A stretch of DNA of 63,477 nucleotides, the filler included, from Sluysia triapertura (taxonomy: Eukaryota), in assembly GCA_046118255.1 (NCBI GenBank). It is 5 parts of 5 records of this genome, joined end to end, with 100 filler letters (N's around TTAATTAATTAA, not from the genome) between each part and the next. Parts side by side here need not be neighbours in the genome. Positions count along the whole stretch, not along the records: positions 41,181 to 52,383 come from JBJNIA010187392.1; positions 52,484 to 63,477 come from JBJNIA010190419.1; 3 more parts are not named here. The stretch is one strand, 5' to 3'. Position numbers and translations under genes: made by a program. Position 1 is the first letter of the stretch; every line of letters begins with the position of its first letter. The notes beneath the pieces were generated by a model. That model saw only the letters and a program-made list of their open reading frames with translations, searched no databases and was not told the DNA's origin. Shown piece by piece: positions 42,630-54,710 of the stretch.

Positions 42630-43720
42630 ATGTCTTTACCTATAGAAACATTTAGAGACTATGCATCAATGTGCTAAAGATATTAGGCCTAAAGATATTT
42701 GAAGAACTCTATTACTTTCTTTTTGAGTATGATAGTATTGCAGAGGCAAATGGCTGGACTGAAATGGAAAAGATTAAGCGTATACAAAATTACTTAACTG
42801 GAGTTGCAATCCAGACTTATAAGGAGATAGATAACGATTATAAGCAAAAATGGCAAGAGTTTGTAAATGCCTTCACTGAAGAAATAGCTTTCGACGATAT
42901 AGGTAAGTATTATATTAGGATGCTCAATACATTAAAACAAAAGAGAAAGGAAACTGCATATGAATTTGTTTGCGTATTAAAGTCTTTAGTAGTTAGAGCT
43001 AAAATTCCTAATGATAAAAAGGAAAGTGTTTTAATTGATAAGTTAAAAAATGCCTGCGCTCAGAGTTAAGAGCTTATGTAGGTCTAATTGATGATTTACC
43101 CTTTAGAAATATTGTTAAAAAATTAAGGGTATCGAGAAATATGGAGCCGAAGAAAAAGATAGTATAAGTTACGTTAGTGATAACGAAGATAATTATAAAA
43201 ATAGAAATTGAGTCTCCAAGATTTGAGCGTAAGAACTTTAATTTTAATGATGGATATGATAATCATTTAGATTATAGAGCAAATAGTTATAGTAATACTA
43301 ATCCTAATTTTAGAGAAAATAATTCTAATTACAGAGGCAATGATTTTAACAGATGAAATAATTTTAGAACGAAAAGAGCTCCAAGGTATGATGATACTCA
43401 TGGAAGTAGAAATAATTTTAGAGAAGATAACTTTCCAGCTTCTAGAAATAATAATAATTATGGTTTTAGAAGTAATAATAAAAGTTCAGGCTTTAGTGGT
43501 TACGAACAAAGACCTGCACCGCGTTGGCCAAGTTCGGCTGGTGAATATGTTGATCGACAAAATAATAGTAGTAACACTAGAAAAAGGAGTCCTACTAAAT
43601 TTAATGATAATTATAACGTTGAGGTTCAGACAAACGTAGAAGGGAATTTAATATTTAGTAACTGTGGTAGCAAGGTCACTTTGCTAGAAATTGTAGGAAG
43701 TTAAGGGCTGATACTTTTAA
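42630..43720 (+). pseudogene. Retrotransposon gag (frameshifted)
   Basis: FLFEYDSIAEANGWTEMEKIKRIQNYLTGVAIQTY...WQEFVNAF is a capsid signature. An N/R/G-rich linker follows, then the knuckle remnant NCG..QGHFARNCR at about 43660-43700. Confidence 0.8.
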
Positions 43721-45248
43721 TCAAAATCTTACTAAATGCAAGATTATTCGAAAGGGACAGGCTCGAATAGAAAAGTAAGGTTTGATGACGTTAAGAATAA
43801 GAATAAGGGACAAATAAATTATAATTATAATAAAATGAGAATAGTTACAATAATTATGATGAAGAAACGCACGTAGATTATGATTCCGAAGAAGAAAACT
43901 ATAGGAGAGCGACGAAGTATACTAAAAGACATAAAGATGGATTTGTTAATGCGTTCTATAGAATAAAATTAGACGGTGACAATGATGATACAATTGAAGT
44001 AGATATAATAGACAAAAAGAAGAAGATGCATTTATAAATTATATGTGCGAGTATTATCTTGAATATTTAAAAAGAAAACAAGAATTGAAAGATAAGGAGT
44101 TAGAAAAGGAGAAAATGAATAATAAAAATCAAATAGATCACAATAGTAACAATTCGAGTTTAACATCAGATGAGAATACCTACATCGATTCTATTATCAC
44201 TGAGGAAAATGATTCGAATAATAATACTGAATTCAATTTGGAAAAAGATAATACAACGGATGTGGAATCAACAACAAGCAAATATCTCGAAACAAATTCA
44301 ACAATCAGTGAAGATGAAAGTTCGAGTATAAGTGAAGATGAAGGATCAAATGCAAGTGAAATTAATAATTCGAACGTAAGTGACGAAGTCATTTTAGAAA
44401 ATGAAAGTGAACTAGAACTAACAATTGTACCAGCTAATGAAGAGAAGAAATTAAATACACCAGAGTTAACTACAAATGAAGAAATTAAGGCATTTCAATT
44501 AGATTTAAATCATGACATCTAAAATGCGACAAATATTGATAAAAATTTAGATAATTTATTCGATTCATATTTAAATATACGAAATGGACAATATTTAGTT
44601 CTATTAAGTAAAGACAACAGCCCATTTAAGTTTGAAGCAAGAAAAGTAACAAGGAAAATTGGCCAACTAGAAAGAGTTGAAATACCCAAATCATTAATGA
44701 ATGTTAAGATAATAATTAATGATTTAATGAATGCTGATATGGAATTGTCAGTTACTACAAAGGTTGAGGAGATTATTAAATTAATTAAGTTAAATGATCC
44801 GCCAATGAGAGATTATACTTTCACGATATAAATTTGTTACCAGATAAATTTTTTAATAATTACGATTACCCTATTGAAATTTATGGAGAAGCATTGAAAG
44901 CTTCTATTCGCTCAGAAAGCCAATTGATAATTTGATTCCGTGTGAGATTGTTATTTACAACATTGATTTAGATAATTTTCTTCATTCATTTAAGAAGCAA
45001 CTGATGGGTGATGACGATAATGTAGTTAATATTATTAATGATAATAATTATAATATTGATAAGAAACCTGAATGCGTACTAGATTTAAATGATAACAAAC
45101 TATAAAGAAATTAATACTTTTAAAAGAGAACCTAGTAGCTTAATAAAAGTTGAATATAATGATGATATAACAGTTCTGAATCCATTTCATAGAAATGCCA
45201 TAGATTTGAAAAAAAATTATTTACGATAACTTAAATAACGAACTTCAT

Positions 45249-45745
45249 TTGAATATGAGAAGTTTAATTTATGCATTATTCTCCGATAAATTTGATCATT
45301 TTGATCAGTTTAAGAAAATACTGCCTACAATAAAAGACTGTGGATTTGCATTAATTAAAATAATGAAGCAATTAGATGAAAACTATATGCATAAAAACAT
45401 AAGCAATTTTATAGACACAAGTAGATATAAGTTGGTAATTAATAAACAAATAAACTCGGATCTAATTAAAGAAAGGTTTAAAATTATAATTACTTACATT
45501 GTATTCCAGTAGGATAAGGTAGAAAAATTCACAAAATAATAAGCTTTATAGAGATGAAATTTAAGTTGAAGATAGACATAATTAAACAAAATATTGAGTT
45601 GTATTGTACCAAGATTAGGAAATCTTGCGAATGGTATTCATTTTACCATTATACTATTCACCATGCTCAAAATAAATAAAACAAAAGGAACGAAGGCATT
45701 TGAGTTTAGTCAACTGTATACAGGAAGAAAATTTTCATTATTAGA
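45249..45745 (+). pseudogene. Highly degenerate integrase-like remnant
   Basis: MRSLIYALFSDKFDHFDQFKKILPTIK resembles the zinc-binding domain. ILFTMLKINKTKGTKAFE...LYTGRK resembles 'LFAYNT...STG.SPFELLYGR'. Confidence 0.4.
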
Positions 45746-46540
45746 TAATGAAGATAGTTCCGAGCCAAAATCTAATAAAATAAGGATTAAGGATAGAATG
45801 TTATTTAATAACATATTACCTCCTTTTGTGCTAACTTCTAAAATAATGTCGGATATATCAACACATTCTTCAGAAGATTATTTTAAATTCTTCCTTTGGT
45901 TAAAATTAATTAAACTATTAATTTTAATGTAGTTTATACTTCGAAATTAGGTAGTAAAATAAAAACATGAGCTAAGCAAGACACAAGACAAGCATTGGAT
46001 TATATGACTTGTGTATCAGTACTTGCGCAATCATTACATAGGAAAAATAAACTTGATACTAAACGAGATTTAGGTACTAACAATAAAAATATCACAATGA
46101 AGAAATTAATCAAGCAATCAATCTAATTCCAACTAATATTAAATATAGTTTAATATTACGATTATACAAAATCCTGCTTTTTATTTCTCATATTACTCTA
46201 TCCATATAATGATCTTTATACTTTTCACTCTGCTTTTGACCAATCTTACGATTGGAGCTATTAGATTCAATCTATTTTTAACACGACAGCGTAAACATGC
46301 TCTAGAAGTTTAGGAAAAGTATATTCTTCGTTTAAATAAACGGCCGGTGGAAGTGGCATCACTATTAACCTGGTCTTAATTACTCGAAAATATACAATAT
46401 CTTTTCGTAGCATCACCGAAAAATACGTTAATAATTTTGGGAGTTTGTTAATTTTCCATTAAGTTTTATTAAATTCATTTAATTCCACTTAATTCCTTTT
46501 ATGATATTCATTTTTATATCTCTTTAATTTCGTTTCAGTT

Positions 46541-46998
46541 ATGAGCTTTTATCGCTGCTCATTCTACCTTAGGCTTCTACGCAAATATGAAGCTTGTGTG
46601 ACAACTTGCACCCATCGCTTCCATTTAAGGTGTATCTTTTTTCTGTATGATAATGCGCCTACTGATTATCCTTCTTGTCCCTTAAGTAGATCAACCATTA
46701 CGTCTTGCAAAATTTTATACAAAAATCGATATAAACACCAATATATACAGTTCAAATTTCATCTTCATCATCTATGACACTTACTTCATTTTCTATTGCT
46801 GTTTCTCAACCTTCTGATAAAACTTGCCTTCATTCAACTTCCACTTCTAATCCGCAATTTATTAAGCCACCTGCTTCAAACCCTTCTGGCCTCACAAAAT
46901 CTCAAAAGCGACATAGGCGGAGGAGAGAGTTGAAACGTTTCTACAAGGCCAATGGTCTTTATAAAAACGAAGGAATAATAAACCGAATCCTTTCTTGA
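46541..46998 (+). pseudogene. Accessory RING-H2 protein with Arg-rich tail, copy A (degenerate, one frameshift)
   Basis: CSFY...TCTHRFHLRC...SCPLSR, then GLTKSQKRHRRRRELKRFYK. Homologous to 55946-56393. Confidence 0.75.
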
Positions 46999-47166
46999 AA
47001 TACACTGGTATCTTCTAATTTTCTCTTTAAATTACGTATTTAGTTTACGTATAAATGATAGTTTATTAATAAAAATAATTTACCCTTATCAATTTTTGTG
47101 TTGCTTGTATTTTATTTTGTAATTATGTTTTTATTTTATTTTTATGTATATATCATGTAATTCTAG

Positions 47167-48168
47167 ATGTCACAACCCAATGGCAAAGTCTTTTTTCAAA
47201 CTAAAGCTTTTTATGGAGGCATTGACCGCTTTTCTAAACATAATGTCCCTTCTACTTCATTTTTAAATTCTAAATCAACCTCTAACCCTCTTAAATCTGA
47301 AATTAATGAAAATTTTGCCACACATCTTTTTAGTTTATCGTTTACTTTCCCATCAGTTACTATTAATGAATTACTATGTTTTCCAACAAATCACAGTTTT
47401 ATCATTTTGGCAGCCTCACTAGGTGTTCTCAAAATTACTTTGACAATTAATTCTTCCCATCTTCTTTTTCGTCTTTGAAACTTGACAATGTTTACCATTC
47501 TCATACTGACGAATATCCCACAACATTTGCAGCGCTTTTTCCTTTCCTCCCTAGGAAGTCGAAATCGTGTCTTAATCCTTTACATGACACCGATGTACAA
47601 CATTTCGACGCATAGTAGGAATATTTAACTTTCACCCATATTTCCGTTCTTACCCATTTTTGAGGAGAACAAATTAATCCTTTTGGCATTTCACCACCTC
47701 TTAGATGTCAGTTATGAACATCAAATTATTCCGTTAGGTTTCATGTCCTACCATAGGAAATTTCATTCTATTGATATCATAAGACCACGAGTTCGCGTCC
47801 AACATTTTTACAAAGAAATACACGGACTAAACGAACAAAATCTAACATCGGCTAAAGACATTGAAGACATTAAGAGCTTTTGGCTCGCATCACTGTACGA
47901 CAAATTCTTGGTTTGTCTCTATCCCGAATTAGTTGTAAAAACATTAAATATTCCTTATGGCTGGTTGAGAGGAATAGTAAACCTCACCAACACCCATCCC
48001 GTGTCTTTTTCATCTGCCGATCCAATTATAAGGGGGAAACAAGTTTTAAAGTTACTATATCCATCTTTACCTAAAATGTCTTGTATGGATCTCATTCAGA
48101 ACTCGATTTTATTGTGTCGAGATACTAATGCTAAATTTAATTTATGCTGTGAGTCCTTACAATCTTAG
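47167..48168 (+). pseudogene. Accessory ORF-X, copy A (unknown function, disrupted)
   Basis: Colinear protein-level similarity to 56508-57450 across its full length. Confidence 0.75.
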
Positions 48169-48654
48169 ACTTATTCACTCAAGGGCTAAGTTGTAAGCAG
48201 TATTTTAGAAGAAATTAGATGGAGGTATAAGTAGGCTTATGTTAAATCAATTATGTTTTTGGGAAAAATGTGTTTATGCGATGCTAATTTTGGCTCTTTT
48301 AAGAAGTTATTAAATGTTAATCAAAAAATGCTCAAACTACAGTTAAAAAACTTTTATTATGTTTCATTTAAATACAAATGTTATTTTAAGTTATATTTTT
48401 CAACCGTATTTCAAAAACGGTAAGCCTTAAATACAAATCTATTCTTTAACTATAAATTACGTCCGATTAAAATCGGCGACCTTATTTTAGCAATAAATAA
48501 AAAATCTTTTTAAAAGGATATATTAACGAATTGACAAACGCATAATAATAATTTAGTTAACTTTTTACAAAGAATATTTAATATAAATAATAATTTTATC
48601 TAGATTAATGTATAATCTTTAATGTACATGTTATTAAATTATTCCTCACCTCTT

Positions 48655-48666
48655 AAAAAGGGGGGA
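48655..48666 (+). other. Polypurine tract, copy A
   Basis: AAAAAGGGGGGA about 490 bp after the last ORF. A canonical TG LTR start is not evident. Confidence 0.55.
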
Positions 48667-49893
48667 TAAAAATAATTAAAAAATAAATTAAGTATAGAAT
48701 TTTCAATTAATTAAAAATGATTCTAAAACTTATGCAATTCAAACTAACGGTTAACAGAATAAAATTTGTCAAAGAAATTATAATTCATGGATTGACTGAT
48801 TTGTCGAGAAAGTCGAATACGTAATTCGAATATTGAATCTTTTAAAATACGTTTGATAAAGCTGCGATAATTTTTGCATAACAATTCTTGTTGTTGAGCG
48901 TTTATAAAGAACTTGTGATTACAATGTTGTGTGATTTTTGTGAACATTTCATGTTTATATATATTTTTAATTTGTCATTGACCGAATAAAAGTTAATTTA
49001 TTAAAATAAAAGAATTTTGGAAATAATATTGATAATGATTTTAAAAATAATAATTGATAAAATATGATAATAATAAAAACAACAATAATAAAATAATAAT
49101 AATAATAATAATACCAATAATAATTAGGTTAACTATTTTTAACTAAATTATTTTAAAAAATCAAATAAAACTATTTTAGATATAAAAATCGATTATTTTA
49201 TTCATCTATATACACATAAAACTGTACATATTATTTATTTTTAGATTTTCAGATACTTGACATAACTTTCCCATACGGAAAAATTTGTCTCTAATTTTAA
49301 AATAATTATTATTATTAACATATAATTCAAAGTCAGAATCACTATCTAATAAAGTGATGACGGGTATGTCGTTATCACAACCAAAAAATTCATTATCATT
49401 TAAGTTTTTTCCCAATACACCGTAAATGTCATCGTCGCTGTCAACTAGATCGACATTTGGCGAATTCCTTTCTGCTTCTTGATGATTGTAACTTTCTCCG
49501 GCTGTTTGGTTCAGACTTTCTCTCAGCTTTGGTAGATTTTGTTAGGCGTTGATGTGACTTCGAAGATATTTTGGTGTTATGTCTCGATGTATTATTTGTA
49601 TGTTGTTTGTGAGGTGAAAAAGGTATAGGCTTATCAATGTGAGGAAATTCTGTGCAGATTGTGTCTTTGTTAGAAGATATAGATGAGGAAAAGAGGAAGA
49701 AAGCAAAATTAAAGGAGGAATAACTTTTGAATTATCAATTTGTGGCAAAAAGGAATTGTCCTTACTTTGAATTAAATCAAATAATAAGATGAAGTCTTTG
49801 GCGTGTTGTAGACTAAGTCTAAGTTGCGCAATCTAATAATCCTACAGAAGTTCATGAACAACATAACTTTTGTATCGAAGGAGTATTTAATAA

Positions 49894-50660
49894 GTGTTTG
49901 GTTTCAAATTGTCTAATAATGAATACCGATTTCGAAGTGTATACAGACTTACCGAGTCTGGGTCAACGGAAGCCATCATAGTGTTACCAGATAATTTAAA
50001 ATATATTGCATTAAAAAATGTTAGACACAGACTGCTCCTGTTAATTATTTTCGAGAAACTTTTTTTGTTCAATTTGAGAAATGCTCTGATTATGACTTAG
50101 TAGACGTATTAATGATCTACCTACCTAATAGTAAGTGTTCTATTGATTTAATGTTCGAATTAACTAATTTAAATCACAAAGAGATGTTAATTATGTTTAA
50201 TCGTGATAAATATTTTATATTTGACCATTTAGCCAAAGATATTATGCGAACGTATGATCTAGTATCTTATGTACTTGATGTAAACATAATACCAAATAAA
50301 CTGCCTTTTAAAAAATTATACAGTTATAAAAGTGACCAAATGGAACAAGAATGCGTGTTAGAATTGATTAATCAATTAATTTTAAAATTGATTAATTTTG
50401 AAAAATAAGCTCTACGAGTATTGCCTTATACGAAAACATTCTGTAATTGAAGTCATGCAATACTTCCCTCAAACCACACGCACATTTGGCACTGTAGTAT
50501 GGGTAAATATAATTCCATTTATACGTAACCGAGAATATTCCATAGCTAGTTCTTCCATTTCTGACATAACATTAGACATATTAGTTGCAAGGGTTCAATT
50601 TGAAACTAAAGCCATGTACTAAAGAAAAAGATTATGTTCGTCATATTTGTGTAATTTTCT
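49894..50660 (+). pseudogene. NDOR1: NDOR1-like diflavin reductase FAD-binding domain fragment
   Basis: DVLMIYLPNS...LVSYVLDVNIIP...LYEYCLIRKHSVIEVMQYFPQT...IPFIRNREYSIASS...LDILVARVQFETK..*RKRLCSSYL parallels NDOR1. Frameshifts and an in-frame stop are present. Confidence 0.8.
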
Positions 50661-52139
50661 GACATGCTTAATATTTTGTTACTCGTTGTGAAATAAATGA
50701 AATAAGTTTTTATTTTGTTATTTGCTGTTCATTTAAAGAATTAATCTTAGGCCTTAAGCCTACTGTTCATTCGAGTCTAAAACAATGAGTAAGGACCTTA
50801 AGTCACATTTTAGCAAATTAATTGTAATTATTTTAAATAATTTCTTTTTATTAAGAATTTTTCAATTAATCACAACCCTAACACTAATATTGATGATAAT
50901 GTTAAAGATTAAAGATCAAAGATGTACATGAATGTAAGAAATAGAATTAATAAAATTTTTTAATTAAAATGAATAAAACAAAATAAAAATTAATGGATTT
51001 TAATAATGCATTTTTAATGAAATATTGAAATATTAATAGATTTATTTTATTAATAAAGTAATGGATCTTTAATGGATTTTCAATTAATAATAGTAACTAA
51101 TGAATATCAATTAATAATGAACAAAACTAATGGATTTTTATCAATGAAATTTTATTTTAATGAATAATGGATTTTTATCACCAAAAAACTAATGGATTTT
51201 TAAAAATAAATTTTAACTAATTGTTTTACAAGGTATATAATATTAATATTAGAACTCACACAATTAGAGAGAGAACCAGTTAAAAAGAAAGTTATTCATT
51301 TCTGCATCAAGTGGTCGTCAAGACATTACATCCGTAATACCACATAAATAAAGTTTCAGTGAACAAAATTATACTTCGTTTCGTATATTTAAGTAGTAAG
51401 TTAATTTACTTCTATTTTTATGTAGGGATTACAAAATCTAAATTCTAATCTTTAAAGTTAGTTCTTAAATCGAATTATAAAATCATTGAATTATAAAAAT
51501 AAAGCCTCAAAAACTTTATTTGCTTTTGTTGTTATTATTATTATTGTTAATATCACAAGCATCATTAACATTTGTATTTGAACATTTTCGTAAATTATAA
51601 ACTAAACTATGTATTGATAAAAATTCGTGTGTTATTTTTTGTATATTAATATTAAATAAGAGCTTCGTCAGTTAAGAATTAATAGACCCTTATGTGAGGA
51701 GATTATAAAGTTCTGTAGGTGCGCCAACATAAGACGTTCACTACAGGCGGACCCAATTAAAAAATTAAATTTATTATGCAAGAAAAACCTTAGTAATAGT
51801 ATACAACAGATTCGTATATCTACTCGAGCTCTACGTCAGCATTTGCATCATAAAGTTATCTTAATCTTAAATATAGGTGTTGTATATTCACTAGCCATTC
51901 AAAAACAATTAACATAGAATAAATGAAAATTCTATCCTCCAGTTAAGAATATGTTTAAAGATGAAGTTACAAGTAATCTAGTCTTAGAATTCGATGTGCT
52001 TTATCAAATGATTCCAAAAGCAATCAAAGACGGCTCAATTTGAGTGCAATAGAATACACTAGTTTAATACTTATTAAGCTGTTAGGGTACTTAAGAGTTA
52101 GGGTATATAAAATATTTTGTTAAAAAATTGAATTAAGAA

Positions 52140-52383
52140 TAAAAACTATTAATAATAATCATAATTATTGTTGGGATTGCCCAACTGTGGATCTGGAGAT
52201 GAATGAAAACATATAAAATTAGGGGAAAACATTATTGGAATAAGAATCATGAGAGTAAAAACATCTATAATAATGGAAAAGGAGAATTCATAAGTGAACT
52301 CAAAACGTTTATAAAATGGTTCGTTTGAGAATAAGAACCTTAAAACATTTTTCATTAGAAAATTGGGTGTGAAAAATAGAAAA
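52140..52383. repeat. Third, internally deleted copy of the 35.5-37.6 kb repeat family
   Basis: CCAACTGTGGATCTGGAGA block (also at about 36648) joined to the GTTTGAGAATAAGAA.CTTAAAACATTTTTCATTAGAAAATT block (also at about 37418). Confidence 0.8.
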
Positions 52384-52483
52384 NNNNNNNNNNNNNNNNN
52401 NNNNNNNNNNNNNNNNNNNNNNNNNNNTTAATTAATTAANNNNNNNNNNNNNNNNNNNNNNNNNNNNNNNNNNNNNNNNNNNN
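52384..52483. other. Artificial contig spacer
   Basis: N-TTAATTAATTAA-N. Confidence 0.97.
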
Positions 52484-54199
52484 TTCAAATAATTGAACCT
52501 TTTCAAATGTAATTAATTTTGCTTTGGTTCTTTCTCGAACCTTTTCTTCTTTAATTATGCAGATTTTAAATCAATAAATATAATTCAAATTTTTATTACA
52601 CAAAATTTAACTTTTACAAAGATGCGATTAGTATTATAATAATATAAAGATTTTTACAGAGATGCGATTAGTATTATAATATAAAAATCAAATAATAACA
52701 AAATTTTACAAGGGATTATTTTGTATGATAATCCTAATTTTAATGAATTTTTTAAATAGATTTTTCTTAGTTTCTCTTATAAGAAACTTTTAATTTAATA
52801 ATGATTTTGAGTGTGATTTTACTTGGGCAATTATTAAAAATTGCCAAAAACTTATATAAATAGACTAACAATTAAAATAATCAAGATCTGGTGCCACAAT
52901 AATGTTGATGCCACAAGAGCTGAAACTGTTGTCACAATAATTGAAGAACTTGGTACAAAAATCTCGTTGTTCACGTTACTGGAAAATGGCTAATGAAGAA
53001 GCTCGAAAAATAATTTGTAAGAGATGCTGTCTTGCAAAAATAATTTATAAAAATGTTGTGTTGATCTTGATTATGTTAAGCCTATTTATACAATTTTTTG
53101 CTTATTAAAACAAAAAATTTTTATTTTTAATTAAATGAAAATATGAATAATTTTAACAATTTTCACTAATATAGAAATTTTAATAATTTAGAATATAAAA
53201 ATAATAAATTTTTATTAAAATAATTTTTAATTAAATGATTTATTAAAATATGAATAATTTTAACAGTTTTCATTAATATAAAAATTTTAATAATATAATA
53301 AAAATTATTTAACAAACAATAATACACTTACATTATTATTTGGACGATAATTTCATAAATTAATTTTTTAAATTTCTAATCAATTTTAATAAATTTCCAC
53401 GTAAACTTTAAAATAATAAAATTTTTAACTAAATTATTGATAAATGTTTAACTAAATTATAAATTATTTATAAATTGAAATAAATTGTATTGATAACTAT
53501 TATTTATGAATTAATTGATAAAATTAGCTTTTAAGCTTTACATTATTTATGAATTAATTGATAAAAATGAATTAATTGATAAAATTAGCAATTGATAAAA
53601 TTAGCTTTTAAACTTTACACTATTATATAAAATTAGGATTTTCTAAAACTTAACATTAATAATTACTTTTGCATGGAGTCTTGACTTGTATATTTTTCTG
53701 TAACACTATTGTCGGAACCAAAGTCGATCGGAATTTTCTTTCTCGCGTCAAATTTTGGATTCTTCGTGTCAAATCTTTAATTCTGAAAAATTACCTAAAA
53801 TTTCCTCTATTTATATAAAATTTGCTTACCTCCATTTTTGTTTGTTTATTTTGATCTATTTCCTTTTTAATGTGTTAAAACAAATTTTAAAATTCATTAT
53901 ATTTATTTATTTATTATTATTAATTTGTTTTATTTTGTTAATTTATCTTAGTTATTTTATTCTAAATATATTATTAATTTATTTTACTTTATATAATAAA
54001 AATATTCATTTAAAATTACACAATACAATGCTATAAATTATCAAATATCAAATACTAATTTAAAATTATAAAATACAATAAAAATACAAATAACCATATA
54101 AATGTAGTTCATAATCAAATGGTTTATTAATTATCATAGCCAAAGTTCATGATTGAATATTGAATATGACACCAACACAATGAAGTAAAAGTTAAAATA

Positions 54200-54710
54200 T
54201 TGACTAAAAACATTCATGCCAAATTTGCATGTTTGAAACCTGCCAGACTTAACTTTAGCTCATGGGTTATATGCGAAAATTATATTGATAGTGAATTGAG
54301 ATATCCAGTCACGGTTTGCTCAGATATTTTACCTGTCGAGGATAGACGTATTATAGTGAGATTCCGTCACTCATCAAAATACTTGAATTTTGCATTTAAA
54401 GGAACAAGAAAACATTTAACGATATTGGAGATATTACGGAATGATCCAGCATTCGTGATATTAATTGTGGCGGCAATACTGTTCGTAATTGCTTTAGCTC
54501 TAGTGGTATTGGTTATTATTATGTTTGTTTCGAATAGATGTCGATACTCATGCTAACCACATAACAATAATAATGACGATGACGACGCGTACACAGTTCC
54601 GCACAGAAACAATTACGCTCCTCCTCCAGGTATGCCAATAATTCCACCTCCAATTTATGAATATGCTACAAATAATCAAATCCCACTCATATACGGAGAC
54701 TGGCAAATGA
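54200..54710 (+). pseudogene. Single-pass membrane protein with Pro-rich cytoplasmic tail (PPxY)
   Basis: Hydrophobic run AFVILIVAAILFVIALALVVLVIIMFV. Past one TAA the frame continues ...YAPPPGMPIIPPPIYEY. Confidence 0.6.

Larger units (their letters stand above)
41181..48666 (+). mobile_element. Complex LTR-retroelement copy A: leader, gag, degenerate pol region, RING gene, ORF-X, PPT
   Basis: All parts are co-oriented: capsid-like gag, CCHC knuckle, integrase-like remnant, accessory ORFs and an AAAAAGGGGGGA polypurine tract. Confidence 0.7.

Noticed and set aside
11344-52483. TTAATTAATTAA palindrome occurring four times inside N runs
   Set aside because: The identical 44N-12-44N layout with six-frame stops marks an assembly spacer. 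It also means the closeness of copies A and B is not biological evidence.
52610-53620. Short tandem duplications (GATGCGATTAGTATTATAAT twice; AATTGATAAAATTAGC units)
   Set aside because: Ordinary slippage duplications in AT-rich DNA.
53699-53830. TGTAACAC as a 5' LTR start for copy B
   Set aside because: No similarity to the sequence after the PPT at 58001 and no primer-binding site recognised.
39369-54556. Stop-codon reassignment or programmed readthrough to explain in-frame TGA/TAA in the CCCH, NDOR1 and membrane ORFs
   Set aside because: The same ORFs or their neighbours also carry frameshifts and lost conserved residues, while PRPF38A reads cleanly in the standard code. Decay is the simpler explanation.
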